A stretch of 64,000 bases of DNA from Candidatus Heimdallarchaeota archaeon. GTDB taxonomy: Archaea > Asgardarchaeota > Heimdallarchaeia > Hodarchaeales > Hodarchaeaceae. The position numbers and the translations under genes are program-made. The DNA is taken from contig RDOB01000006.1 of assembly GCA_011364965.1 (NCBI GenBank), positions 96,001-160,000 on the forward strand, written 5' to 3'. This document shows positions 1 through 9,843 of the stretch, in pieces. Numbering within the stretch: position 1 is the first letter of the stretch; each line of letters begins with the position of its first letter. The notes beneath the pieces are model-generated. The model did no database searches, had not been told where the DNA came from, and saw nothing but the letters and a program-made list of their open reading frames with translations.

Positions 1-631
1 CTATAACTAAAACTGTATCAGAATTATTAGGAAAATGTCTCATTACTGCATGCAAACCAATTGTGAATGGCTCTACCAATACTGCATTATCATCGGTAAC
101 GTACTTAGGGACTTTATGAAGTTGCGTATGATGTGCTAAATAGGCTGAACTGAATGCCCCACCCGTAGAATTACACCATCCCGTATCGAACCCTGGTCTG
201 ATGTTTCCCCTATCAAAGTTATTACACCTAACAAAGTCCCCATTTTTACAATTCTGACATACTGGTACAATTCCTCTTACACGACAACTCAAGATAGGAT
301 CTAAAACTACTCGATCTCCCTCTTCCAGATGCGCAACTTCTTCGTTTACTTCTGATACTAATCCAACACTTTCATGGCCTAAAACCGATGGAAAAGAGCA
401 AAGAGGTTCTAACAAAGGACTTTCACGAAGCAAAATAGTGTTAATATCTGAACCGCATATCCCAGTTAAAATTGGACTTACTTTTACCCATCCAGGTATC
501 GTTTTAGGTTCTGGAATAGTGTCTAATTTAGTAGGAGAGAAAAAATTATAATAAGCGAGGGAAGATATTTTACTTAAAGCTTTTGTAGTCAAATATCTTG
601 GAATAGAGGCGTGAAACCGAAGCGCTTGCAT
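1..631 (-). CDS. Zinc-dependent alcohol dehydrogenase (MDR family), runs off the left window edge
   Basis: Manual translation from ATG at 631: MQALRFHAS...GICGSD...LGHE...CRVRGIVPVCQNCKNGDFVRC...VEPFTIGLHAV; catalytic and structural Zn motifs; absent from the ORF track. Confidence 0.88.
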   Translation of the reverse strand, partial: MQALRFHASIPRYLTTKALSKISSLAYYNFFSPTKLDTIPEPKTIPGWVKVSPILTGICGSDINTILLRESPLLEPLCSFPSVLGHESVGLVSEVNEEVAHLEEGDRVVLDPILSCRVRGIVPVCQNCKNGDFVRCNNFDRGNIRPGFDTGWCNSTGGAFSSAYLAHHTQLHKVPKYVTDDNAVLVEPFTIGLHAVMRHFPNNSDTVLVI

Positions 632-691
632 AGAAATAATTGACTACATACTTTAATATAGATTTTTCTTACTTGAGTGCTTTCAAGTTAA

Positions 692-1549
692 TTATCTTTT
701 TCCTTTTAGGAAGGAAATTAAACATTTATTATATTCTTCAGGATCATCTTGATGCACCCAATGGGACGCGTTTTCAAAAGTAATCAGTTTACAATCAGTA
801 CACATATCCACACTTAGTTTAGCCATTTCATAGCTCAGATGGGGGTCTTTTTTCCCCCATAAAATTAGGGTTGGAATATCCACTTTTAAGGATCGTGCTT
901 TGGTTGAGAACTTTTTTCCAAAGGCTCTGTACCAATTGATCATACTTGTAATTGCATTAGGTTGAGACCAAGCATCTCTGTATCGATCACGCTGCTCTTT
1001 TGATAATCCTTTGGCCATTGCTGTTGATAAAAATTTCCAGTTCCTTACTCGAAGTATTTTTTCTGGAATAATTGGAATCTTAAAAAAAAATGTATACCAG
1101 CTCTTTCTCATTTGTGAAAAATGACTTCTTAGGAAATCATTCATAATTTTGGGGTGGGGTACATTTGAAATCACTAGACTATCTACTCGTTCAGGATAAT
1201 ATATCGCTATCCACCAAGCAACCATTGCTCCAAAATCATGTCCCACTAAATGAAACGTTTTCAGATTAAGTTTCTCTGCTAATCCCAAGATATCCTTAAC
1301 TAGTAGTTCCATTCGATAATTTTCTTTTCCTCTTGGTTTATCGCTTCTGTTATAACCTCGTTGATCTGGAGCAATTACCCTGAATCCTTCAGTAGTCAAA
1401 GTAGAGATTTGAGATTCCCAACTAAACCACGCATCTGGAAATCCATGTAATAAGATTATAGGTACTCCATCCTCGGGACCAGCTAAGGCTGCATGAAGTT
1501 TGAGGTCTTCAATTTCAATATATTTAAGTTCGACTACCATCCATTTCAC
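692..1549 (-). CDS. Alpha/beta hydrolase, epoxide hydrolase-like
   Basis: LLHGFPD, DQRGYNRS, GHDFGA nucleophile elbow, ASHWVH. Confidence 0.9.
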   Translation of the reverse strand: MKWMVVELKYIEIEDLKLHAALAGPEDGVPIILLHGFPDAWFSWESQISTLTTEGFRVIAPDQRGYNRSDKPRGKENYRMELLVKDILGLAEKLNLKTFHLVGHDFGAMVAWWIAIYYPERVDSLVISNVPHPKIMNDFLRSHFSQMRKSWYTFFFKIPIIPEKILRVRNWKFLSTAMAKGLSKEQRDRYRDAWSQPNAITSMINWYRAFGKKFSTKARSLKVDIPTLILWGKKDPHLSYEMAKLSVDMCTDCKLITFENASHWVHQDDPEEYNKCLISFLKGKR

Positions 1550-1675
1550 ATACTTGGTTGTTTTATCAAGATAAAGTAATCCTTTTGCACTCTAAACACT
1601 TTTTTTAAGACATTCCTGAATCCTAAGATTAAAGTTCTTTTAAAATTTTATTATTAGATCAAAGGAAGTTGGAAA

Positions 1676-2989
1676 ATGAAAGGCCAAAATATGGAAGAAA
1701 CTCAATCAAGGATATCTAAGAGCCAAATACTCTACCCTTTTACCATTATTCTATTGATGTTGGCTGTATTTAATCTTGCAGGGAATATTTTTTCCTTGAT
1801 TTTCTTCCTTTTACAGTCTTCTGGATTTGCATTTACTGAGGACACAGCTACTCTTCTAAGTCTAGCTTTAAATCTCATTGCTGAAATAGGTCTCATTTTG
1901 ATATTCTTTTTTCTTCTATGGCGGAAGAAGCTTGAACCTGAGGAAAAAAACATGCCTGAGACAAAACCCTTACTCTTTACTTATTTGGTGTATAGTGCGG
2001 AGAGCTGTTTCTTATTTGGGGTTTTACCAATAATTGCTGAATTTCTCTCGAAATTTGAGGAAGTTACAAGTCCCTATGAAAGTTTTTTTCCCACTGTTAC
2101 CCTTCTCTCAATGCCGATCTATTACATCCTTTTCTTTGGAGTGCTTTCATTTGGAGCTGCAATTTCAGAGGAATTAGCATTTAGACGAACGTTAATTCCA
2201 ATGCTAGAAAGGCGAGGTTTAGGGACTTTTTGGGTTTTATTGATATCTGGACTGATGTTTTCTCTGATGCACACTCCTGCAGATTTATTGAATGGTACGT
2301 GGACATACGCAATAGTTCATTTTTGTAGCACGTTTATTGGAGGCGTTGCACTTGGTTTCGTTTATGTAAGGACACGCAATGTAATATATCCAATTCTCTT
2401 ACATGGATTCTCAAATGGGTTCAGTGGATTGCTGCAAATTGCTGTAGTACAACTTGAAATGGGAGAAACTACACTTTTTAACTTTGGGGCTTTGTGGATA
2501 GTGATAACAATCCTTTTAGGAGGTGTTATTGTTGGATACACATTAATTCAACTTTATCAACATCGTAGACATCCTAACGCACCTGCATGGATCCAATTAC
2601 TAACTGATCGAAAAGTAGTAATAAAAAATCTAAAGCTTATCTCTCTCTTTGCCCTGATCTTTATCTTAATTCAAGGAGGTTTTGATATCATTCTTGATCT
2701 TGTATTTAGCCTTTGGGAACCATCTCTTGAGGTTATTTTTTTTGAATCTGTTGCTAATTTATTGGTAATAATTGGTTTAATAGTTCTAACTAGTTATTTT
2801 ATTTGGTATATATCTTCACCACTTAAGATTCCAATATTTGTATCCGAGATTAGACCATATGAAAAAATGAGTATATATCAATATCCCAAAGAGGTATTTA
2901 GAAAGAATCGTTTATGTCCGTCTTGTGGTCAAGAAATTCCCAGTTATAATAGATTCTGTATTTACTGTGGCCAGAGCTTAAATGATTGA
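1676..2989 (+). CDS. CPBP (CAAX/Abi) intramembrane glutamic protease with C-terminal zinc ribbon
   Basis: SEELAFRR, FSLMH, LLHGFSN motifs; many TM helices; CPSC..CIYC tail. Confidence 0.85.
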   Translation: MKGQNMEETQSRISKSQILYPFTIILLMLAVFNLAGNIFSLIFFLLQSSGFAFTEDTATLLSLALNLIAEIGLILIFFFLLWRKKLEPEEKNMPETKPLLFTYLVYSAESCFLFGVLPIIAEFLSKFEEVTSPYESFFPTVTLLSMPIYYILFFGVLSFGAAISEELAFRRTLIPMLERRGLGTFWVLLISGLMFSLMHTPADLLNGTWTYAIVHFCSTFIGGVALGFVYVRTRNVIYPILLHGFSNGFSGLLQIAVVQLEMGETTLFNFGALWIVITILLGGVIVGYTLIQLYQHRRHPNAPAWIQLLTDRKVVIKNLKLISLFALIFILIQGGFDIILDLVFSLWEPSLEVIFFESVANLLVIIGLIVLTSYFIWYISSPLKIPIFVSEIRPYEKMSIYQYPKEVFRKNRLCPSCGQEIPSYNRFCIYCGQSLND

Positions 2990-3021
2990 GAGAAGAAGGA
3001 CATTCTCCTCTTCAAACACCT

Positions 3022-3525
3022 TCATTTTATTTTATATCCAATTGTTCTAAGGAAAGACTTTCTCTTTTGAATATCTAATTCAGTTTCAATTCCCTTGGGG
3101 GAATTTCCATCTATTACTCCTAGAATCGCTCCTCCCTGTTCCGAACGGGCAATCACGACCTGAGCTGGGTTCGCTGTTGCGCAAAATGTGCTTACAACCT
3201 CTGAAACAGCCTGAACGCGTTTCAAGATGTTTATAGGGAACGAGTTTTTAAAATAAATAATAAATGTGTGTCCTGCGCTGATTTTCATTAGCATTTCTGA
3301 AGCTACCTCTTCTAGCTTTGGATCATTCCCAGCATGCCTTATCAAACAAGGTCCTGAGGCCTCAGAGAAAGCTAACCCGAACTTGATTCCGAATGAACTC
3401 TCAATAACCGCTTCATATAGATCTTCAACAGTTTTTATAAAGTGAGACTGACCTAAGATAATATTTGTTCCGTCTTCAGGAAATTCTAATTCTATTAGGC
3501 TTAATTCAATCATTTTGATCACCAA
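3022..3525 (-). CDS. Adenosine-specific kinase family (DUF355)
   Basis: NIILGQSHFIKTVEDLYE, FSEASGPCL, CATANP, RKSFLRTIGYK. Confidence 0.9.
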   Translation of the reverse strand: MVIKMIELSLIELEFPEDGTNIILGQSHFIKTVEDLYEAVIESSFGIKFGLAFSEASGPCLIRHAGNDPKLEEVASEMLMKISAGHTFIIYFKNSFPINILKRVQAVSEVVSTFCATANPAQVVIARSEQGGAILGVIDGNSPKGIETELDIQKRKSFLRTIGYKIK

Positions 3526-3679
3526 AATTTATATGGAAAACATACTCACATCTTCTCTTGTACTTTTCGAATATTTGTCTTCCTAAAGACTCTGCCTAGT
3601 TTTTATTAACCACATAATTTTGTGGGAAAAATTACCTCGGAATCAGTTTTTCGTATTTTAGCATAAAGAGGTTTAAACA

Positions 3680-4978
3680 GTGAGTACCAATTCCCAGCAA
3701 AAAAGTCGGATTCTAAATTTTCTGCCATTTAAATACCCTAATTTTGGAAAGTTATTCTTCGGACAACTGATTTCAAACATTGGCTCTCAATTTTCATATA
3801 TAGCACTACAATTCCTTGTATATGATTTAACAGGGGAAATAGGTGCTATGGCCTTGCTAGCAATATCAGAAACAATTCCGATGATTCTAATTGGTCCATT
3901 CGCAGGAATTATTATAGATCGAGTTGATCGCAAATATGCAATGATATTTGCAAATTTATCCCAATCTATTATAATTGGCTTAATCCCATTTACAGCATTT
4001 CTCCCCAACCGAATATTTTGGGTTTTTCTTCTAGCTTTTCTCAATTCTACTTGTAATAGATTTTTTTTCCCTGCACGAGGAGCATCTATACCCAAATTAA
4101 TAGATAAAAAAGAAGATTTATTTGCTGCGAATTCACTGAGCGCAGGAGCGTATCAGGTATCAGCTTTAATCGGTCCAATGCTAGCTGGCATCAGTTTAGG
4201 ATTTATCGGTTATGATCTCCCTTTTATATTTGACTCTATCTCCTTTATTATTTCTGCTGTATTTATTTTCTCTATACCACTGAATTTAAAAGCTGATAAA
4301 CAATCAGAGAGTAGTCCGTTAACCGATTTAATCGAAGGTGGAAATTTTATACTTCATTATGCTCCCATTCTCTATCTTCTAGTAATATTTTCTATTTTAA
4401 TGTTTGCAGGAGGAGGATCACTGATACTGATAATCCCTTATTTAGAAGAAGTATTTGGTTTCACTGAGACTGGTCCCAGAGAATTTGTATATGGAGTAAT
4501 GACTGCTATGTCTGCTTCAGTTGGAATGACAGCTGCGTTGTTATTATCTCGTAAAAAACGGCTGAATAGGCCTATATTGGTCATTACGATTTCTTTAATG
4601 ATTGCTGGTTTTATGTTAATAGGGTTTAGTCTCTCGCCCAACATTTACGTTTTAGGATTTTTTTGGATTGGTTTTGGGACAATTGAAGTTTTGGTGGGTA
4701 TACCACTGCAAACACTAGCACAAGAAACCGTTCCTGATCAATTACGAGGAAAAACATTTTCTTTTATTAATTTAAGTATCACCATTTCTCAGATTTTGGG
4801 AATGGGATTAGTTGGAATACTTGCGGAAAGTCCTTTAGGAATCCGAGGTAGTTTATTTGCCAATGGGGTTTTTTTATTAATTGCATTTGTATTTGGAGTC
4901 AACTGGATTACAAGAAAAAGACTAGATGCACAAGCTGAAGAGAAGCGAGTTCTTTTTCACCAATCATCGGGTGAATAA
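3680..4978 (+). CDS. MFS transporter (DHA3/macrolide-efflux-like)
   Basis: GQLISNIGS, GIIIDRVDRK motif A, QETVPDQLRGK; about 12 TM. Confidence 0.88.
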   Translation: MSTNSQQKSRILNFLPFKYPNFGKLFFGQLISNIGSQFSYIALQFLVYDLTGEIGAMALLAISETIPMILIGPFAGIIIDRVDRKYAMIFANLSQSIIIGLIPFTAFLPNRIFWVFLLAFLNSTCNRFFFPARGASIPKLIDKKEDLFAANSLSAGAYQVSALIGPMLAGISLGFIGYDLPFIFDSISFIISAVFIFSIPLNLKADKQSESSPLTDLIEGGNFILHYAPILYLLVIFSILMFAGGGSLILIIPYLEEVFGFTETGPREFVYGVMTAMSASVGMTAALLLSRKKRLNRPILVITISLMIAGFMLIGFSLSPNIYVLGFFWIGFGTIEVLVGIPLQTLAQETVPDQLRGKTFSFINLSITISQILGMGLVGILAESPLGIRGSLFANGVFLLIAFVFGVNWITRKRLDAQAEEKRVLFHQSSGE

Positions 4979-6559
4979 TTATGAAACCTGTTCAATTTTA
5001 GCATCGGTTAGTTTCGCATATTCTTGGACTTTTTCCTCTTCGCTTGTACCTTTTAAAACCAATACATATTCTATGCAACCTCGTGCTCGTTCTCGTCTTT
5101 GAGTCATATCATCGAGGTTACTAGTTATATCTAGATGTATGACCACGTCAGCAGCATCTAAGTTGAGACCACGTCCCCCTACTGGAGTGAAAATAAGTAC
5201 ATTTGTATCTTGGTTCTGAAATTGATCTAATATTATCCGTCTGGAATCCTCTGGAGTTTTACCTGTCAAATACCTTACTCCAGGAAAACCTAGAGCTTTT
5301 GTAAGAAGCATATTTGTTTGTTCCCCCAAAGCAATATACCTTGTAAATAAAATTACTTTTGCTCCACGTATTAGATGTTCATGAATAAGATCTATCGCTA
5401 TATCAACTTTTGGATTAATCAAACCTCTCATTGTAGTTTCTTCAGGTTTGTCATAGCGCGGAAGTTCTGATCGATGTGAAATAATAACTGAAGCTAGATC
5501 AAGGAAGTTCTGAAATAGTTCTACGTTTTCATCAGCTTTAATATATTTCAAGAATTCTCCTGGAGTCGAATCGAGGAGTAATAGTCTAGCATGGGTTAAT
5601 TTAAAGAGTTGGACAAAAGCACTTATTAGTTGTTCACGGGATTCATTATCCTGTACGGTGTATTTTGCAATCCGAATCGGAAAGTTCATTTGTGGATCTT
5701 GAAGACGATCTAATACCCCTCCATATGATAATTTAATGATTTCAAGACGAGTGAGGGCTGGATCAAGGATTTCTTGGATAGTACCGATCGGTTTTGTAAG
5801 AGTAGAAGAAATCAGCTGGTCAATTTGACGGTAATCCTCTCGATTAATTTCCCTGATTTGAGTTAAGACTTCATAGGGACTAAGATCAGGTCTTTGCATA
5901 ATATGTGTTCCTTCTCCCAGAATTTTAGCGATATTTTCTACTCGGAATGGATCTCGTGAACCAGTCATTGCTAGAATTGGAAAGTTTCCTAATTGAGATC
6001 TTACAGAAAATAGTTCTTCAAAGAATTTAGACAGCCGAAAACCTGTCATGGATCGAGCGAGTAAATCAGTTGCCTCATCAATACATACTAAATCAATTGC
6101 CTTCAAAATGTCAACATTTAAACGAGATTTTATTTGAAAACGATCATTCATTAGACTAGTAATCGGTGTAAAGATGGCGGTTGATGCAGTATACATTTTT
6201 GTTTTTTGAGCCAATCCCAATCCTTTTCCCCCGGATCTTGGGTCAAAAATATAACCCAGTTGATCAATAAACCCAAATTTCTTTGCCATATCAAGTGCCT
6301 GTCTACATCGAAGTGCTGCAGCTTCTCGAGCTGAGGTGAAGATAAATTTGGCTTTTGGATTGGTTTTTCGGAGATATAGAAATGTTAATAAAGCGATAAT
6401 TGTTTTTCCAGTGCCATATGGATAATTTAATAAAACTGACTGGGGAATTTGACTTACTATTTCTTTAGTGGCTGTAATTTGGTATTCCCTATTATCTATG
6501 GTGAGTCCATGAACTATCTCTGAAAAATCTAACTTGTTTGCCATTATCGCCAAGCTCAA
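4979..6559 (-). CDS. SF2 DExx helicase, Hef/Mph1-like helicase domain with degenerate motifs
   Basis: REYQ Q-motif, PYGTGKT Walker A, IDEAT, MTGS motif III, GRGLNL motif V, QRRERAR motif VI. Confidence 0.75.
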   Translation of the reverse strand: MSLAIMANKLDFSEIVHGLTIDNREYQITATKEIVSQIPQSVLLNYPYGTGKTIIALLTFLYLRKTNPKAKFIFTSAREAAALRCRQALDMAKKFGFIDQLGYIFDPRSGGKGLGLAQKTKMYTASTAIFTPITSLMNDRFQIKSRLNVDILKAIDLVCIDEATDLLARSMTGFRLSKFFEELFSVRSQLGNFPILAMTGSRDPFRVENIAKILGEGTHIMQRPDLSPYEVLTQIREINREDYRQIDQLISSTLTKPIGTIQEILDPALTRLEIIKLSYGGVLDRLQDPQMNFPIRIAKYTVQDNESREQLISAFVQLFKLTHARLLLLDSTPGEFLKYIKADENVELFQNFLDLASVIISHRSELPRYDKPEETTMRGLINPKVDIAIDLIHEHLIRGAKVILFTRYIALGEQTNMLLTKALGFPGVRYLTGKTPEDSRRIILDQFQNQDTNVLIFTPVGGRGLNLDAADVVIHLDITSNLDDMTQRRERARGCIEYVLVLKGTSEEEKVQEYAKLTDAKIEQVS

Positions 6560-6624
6560 ATAGAATAAGAGGGAGAGCTACTTTTAAAAGCTGTGGAAAA
6601 TTATGAAAACTTTAATTTACACAA

Positions 6625-7146
6625 ATGACAAAGGAATTGGCAATGGAGAAATTAATTGCTACATTGAGAGATAGACGACTGGGAATTCAATATATTTTGA
6701 AAATGGTACCTTTAGAGATCTGGGATTGGAAACCTTCCTCTGAGATGCGTAGTACTGCTGAGTTAGCAAATCATTTAGCTTGTGCTCCATTATCTCTTCT
6801 TGAAGGAGTAAAAGGTTATCTTGGAGATGAACAAAGCTATATTAAACTTGAAGAGAATAATTTGCCATTTAATGCTCAAGGATTAGTAAAAACTTATGAT
6901 GAAGGACTAAATAAATTACTGAGTTACCTCGAGGCTCACATTGATGATGCACATGAGAAAACAATTCAATTCTTTTATCAAAAAACAAAATCTTCATTGT
7001 ATAATGAAGTATTTGGCGAAATCGGGCATGAATGGTTTCATCTTGGGCAATTGTTTACATATTTGAAGCAAAATGGGGTGAATTTGGATATGGGAGCTTA
7101 TTATGGCTATAAGGATCCTGATCCTTCTCGATATCCGAATTCTTAA
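6625..7146 (+). CDS. DinB/YfiT family protein
   Basis: WKP..EMRSTAELANHLA and HEWFHLGQLFTYLK. Confidence 0.85.
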   Translation: MTKELAMEKLIATLRDRRLGIQYILKMVPLEIWDWKPSSEMRSTAELANHLACAPLSLLEGVKGYLGDEQSYIKLEENNLPFNAQGLVKTYDEGLNKLLSYLEAHIDDAHEKTIQFFYQKTKSSLYNEVFGEIGHEWFHLGQLFTYLKQNGVNLDMGAYYGYKDPDPSRYPNS

Positions 7147-7163
7147 AATATAACCTTAAATAA

Positions 7164-8108
7164 TTAGGATTGTTTAAGTTTAAAAAAATAAAGGGGTTTC
7201 TTTTCAATCAATTTTACTCTATCTGGGTATTTCTTTAAGCAGTAATTAGCAAGTTTTTCAAAAGGAGTGCTAAATGTAACTTGAGAAAATTTGAGTAAAT
7301 AAAGGACCCTTAGGGAGGACTCAAAAAGATAGTGGGCTATTGGACTTCCCCTGTATTCTTCTTTGACATGAAGTTGCCAGATTAACGCATTTTCCTCATC
7401 TATACGTATTATAATCTGGGTAGCAATAATATCTCCCCTATGTAAACAAACTAACGAAGCTTCCTTTATTATCCCCTGATTCGGGTAATTTTGTAGTTTG
7501 TTGAGATGAATCATTACTTGATCAATAAAAGTAAATTGTGGGAAAATTAAAGCTTCTATTGTGTTATAATATCCATCCGAAATTAATTTTGCAACGGGAA
7601 GAGCATATTCTTTTCTCCAAGAATCGATCTTATAGGATTGAGGAAGTTTTACTTGGATTTCTCTAAATAATTCCGTATTCGTACTGAATTTGAATCGTAT
7701 AATCGATTCAAACTGCAAATCTTCTAAATGTGTGTTTATATCCATAGCTCCGAGACTCGGGGATAAATATCTTATTATCCTGACATTTAAATCTCTCATA
7801 AAGTCAATAGATGAGTTTAAGAGGAGTTTTACAGTTCTAGGAGATTCATATTCTGGTATAATAAATAATAAATCTATATTTCCTTCTTTATATTTTTCTC
7901 CTTCTGTATGCAAAAACGTGAATCCGATTGGAGTGCTTTTCGGCGAAATAAGGCCGATTACATATGAATTTGGATTCTTAAGTTGCTGAAGTAATTGACT
8001 TGACGCTTTAGAAGCGATTAATCCCAATTTTTTGATAATCGCATGATGATATTGGTCAAGTAGGTCGCCAAAATGCTGTTCCAGAGAAAATTCAATAGTT
8101 GAGAACAT
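7164..8108 (-). CDS. Tandem GNAT family N-acetyltransferase
   Basis: Two GNAT-like halves; LHVKEEYRGSPIA acetyl-CoA binding motif. Confidence 0.7.
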   Translation of the reverse strand: MFSTIEFSLEQHFGDLLDQYHHAIIKKLGLIASKASSQLLQQLKNPNSYVIGLISPKSTPIGFTFLHTEGEKYKEGNIDLLFIIPEYESPRTVKLLLNSSIDFMRDLNVRIIRYLSPSLGAMDINTHLEDLQFESIIRFKFSTNTELFREIQVKLPQSYKIDSWRKEYALPVAKLISDGYYNTIEALIFPQFTFIDQVMIHLNKLQNYPNQGIIKEASLVCLHRGDIIATQIIIRIDEENALIWQLHVKEEYRGSPIAHYLFESSLRVLYLLKFSQVTFSTPFEKLANYCLKKYPDRVKLIEKKPLYFFKLKQS

Positions 8109-8226
8109 CAGATTATTTCCTTTGATTTAAGAAATTGGGATTAGGGAAGAAATAGAAAATCAATTCATTATTTAATTAATTTATTTCCGGAATTATCGTT
8201 ATTAATGGTTTCCCTCGGAATTTCTT

Positions 8227-9066
8227 CTATGCCAAATCTAATGGAAATAGTAGATTAATCGTATTTTGAGTTAACCAGGCTCTTCCGTTGAAATAAGCTG
8301 CAATATAGGATATGTAATGAGGGATCAGAGGATAATTTTTCAGTTTTGATAGACAAGTATCCTCTGGTATGCTTATACCAATGGATGCTGTCACTGGATT
8401 GATAATATTGAATTCTAGAAATATTTCCTCTGATTCTAACCATACAAGAAGAGTCGTTAGGAAATTTTTAAGGAAAAAATAATTCCCGAGAAAATTTAAA
8501 CTATTTTGTTTAAAAATTGATGGATTAAAGGGTAGATGGAAGTTAAGATGGATTTGACTAGGATTTGGGGTAATTAATCCATCTTGGATAATCTGTATAA
8601 GAGACGTTGAGTAAATTTCAGGAGGAGAAGTTAATAGTTGAATGAAATCAGATGCTATAAGAGTTGCAACTTTCTGACGTTTGCAGGATTGTATTACTGT
8701 CCTAATCATTTCTGGAGTGTTTTGATTATTTGAAATCAGGTATGATCCTAACTCAATTGTATGCGATGCTGTCCGTAATTCATGAATTATAAGATCCATC
8801 CACGGTTTATTTCTTTCAGAATGGGAGAAATGGGTTGGATTTACAAATATAAGTTTTGGAAAGCCTGAAATTGAAGTTTGAAAGAATGTCAAGTTAGAAT
8901 TTTTGATTGTAGCCACTGGAATTGATGGTGTGGATGGATGATAACCTGAAATCATTGCAAATACCTGAGAATAGTAAAGAACTTCATCGAAATTTGAGGA
9001 AAGAATACATAGTGGATTAAAAGGCAGAGTATCCCACTGACGGAGTCCTGACTCGGAGATGATCAG
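8227..9066 (-). CDS. Hypothetical protein; the reading frame stays open 37 codons upstream of the ATG at 8955 to a CTG at 9066 (up to 279 aa)
   Basis: In-frame extension LIISESGLRQWDTLPFNP...FAMISGY; the CTG overlaps the preceding TGA and follows GGAGGTG. Confidence 0.6.
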   Translation of the reverse strand: MIISESGLRQWDTLPFNPLCILSSNFDEVLYYSQVFAMISGYHPSTPSIPVATIKNSNLTFFQTSISGFPKLIFVNPTHFSHSERNKPWMDLIIHELRTASHTIELGSYLISNNQNTPEMIRTVIQSCKRQKVATLIASDFIQLLTSPPEIYSTSLIQIIQDGLITPNPSQIHLNFHLPFNPSIFKQNSLNFLGNYFFLKNFLTTLLVWLESEEIFLEFNIINPVTASIGISIPEDTCLSKLKNYPLIPHYISYIAAYFNGRAWLTQNTINLLFPLDLA

Positions 9067-9274
9067 ACACCTCCCTTTAGGAATTGTGAAGTATCTTGAC
9101 AGATGATATTATTGCAACATCCTATTTGGTTACCCCCATAGGTTTTCAAAAATCCCACTTGATGGAGTCCTGACTCAGAGATAATCAAACACCTCCTTGT
9201 ATGAATTCAGAATTATCTTGACAGATAATATTATTCTTGAATTCTAACCGTTTATTGCCATAGGTTTTTAAAAT
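9031..9274. repeat. Imperfect tandem duplication, 122-bp period, of a gene junction
   Basis: atcccact..ggagtcctgactc.gagat.atca.acacctcc...tatcttgacagat.atattatt...ccataggtttt occurs from 9031 and again from 9152. Confidence 0.9.
9063..9188 (-). CDS. 41-codon chimeric mini-ORF created by the junction duplication
   Basis: TTG overlaps the TGA of the 110-aa ORF; (L)IISESGLHQVGFLKTYGGNQIGCCNNIICQDTSQFLKGGV*. Confidence 0.35.
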   Translation of the reverse strand: MIISESGLHQVGFLKTYGGNQIGCCNNIICQDTSQFLKGGV

Positions 9275-9517
9275 TGCCTCACGATTATTAATAGCTTCAA
9301 AATAGAAGTATAAATCGGTAGTTTCCCTTAAAGCAGAGAGAAACGCGGTCAGCTGTGGTTGGATATTGGTAATATCTGTCTTGAAACGGTAATGAATACC
9401 TTTTTTTTTGATATAAAAATCTTTGATGAAAGTAGGTGGGAGGATAGCTAGAAGAATTGCAGCTTCCAGTCTATCGTCCGAAACATTAGTAACTTTTATC
9501 AAGGAGTTGTTCTTCAT
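9185..9517 (-). CDS. Hypothetical protein, 110 aa, directly downstream of pre-peptide 1
   Basis: ATG 10 bp after the peptide stop; no recognisable motif. Confidence 0.65.
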   Translation of the reverse strand: MKNNSLIKVTNVSDDRLEAAILLAILPPTFIKDFYIKKKGIHYRFKTDITNIQPQLTAFLSALRETTDLYFYFEAINNREAILKTYGNKRLEFKNNIICQDNSEFIQGGV

Positions 9518-9527
9518 TTTTGTCCCT

Positions 9528-9677
9528 TTAATTTCCAGTGGGTGGAGGGGGAGGAATCAGTGTAGGGTCAGCTATACCGAGAGTGGTTTGGAGGAGAAAA
9601 AGTGTAACAAGGAACACAATAGGAATTAATTTTTGAAATATAGTCTTTTTATTCCATTTAAATATGGATTCTTTCAT
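9528..9677 (-). CDS. Small secreted pre-peptide 1 (49 aa), candidate signalling peptide
   Basis: MKESIFKWNKKTIFQKLIPIVFLVTLFLLQTTLGIADPTLIPPPPPTGN; basic N-region, hydrophobic core, G-I-A cleavage-like site; homologous to 45510-45662. Confidence 0.75.
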   Translation of the reverse strand: MKESIFKWNKKTIFQKLIPIVFLVTLFLLQTTLGIADPTLIPPPPPTGN

Positions 9678-9843
9678 GGATTTTAAAATTAGCAAATTTA
9701 AACTCACCAAATAATATTTCATTTGATGAAAATTCATTTGGTGTTTTTTTTCTAAAATGGGATAGGAAATAAAAATGACAATATCAAAATTTTTTTTTGA
9801 CGTCTAATAGGTTAGATTAAGAGAAAAACATAGGGTTACTCAG

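Noticed and set aside
200-260. Frameshift in the alcohol dehydrogenase gene
   Set aside because: Re-reading the G/C run at 238-241 shows the frame is intact (CKNGDFVRC).
9031-9274. Diversity-generating retroelement TR/VR pair
   Set aside because: Differences between the copies are not confined to adenines (C/G, T/G, T/C, G/C changes occur), and there is no reverse transcriptase in the window.
9031-9274. CRISPR array
   Set aside because: Only two units, with similarity across the whole 122 bp rather than repeat plus unique spacer; no cas genes.
9678-9737. 69-aa version of peptide 1 from the ORF track
   Set aside because: The ATG at 9677 gives 49 aa, matching the 50-aa paralog; the extra 20 codons lie in AT-rich promoter-like sequence.
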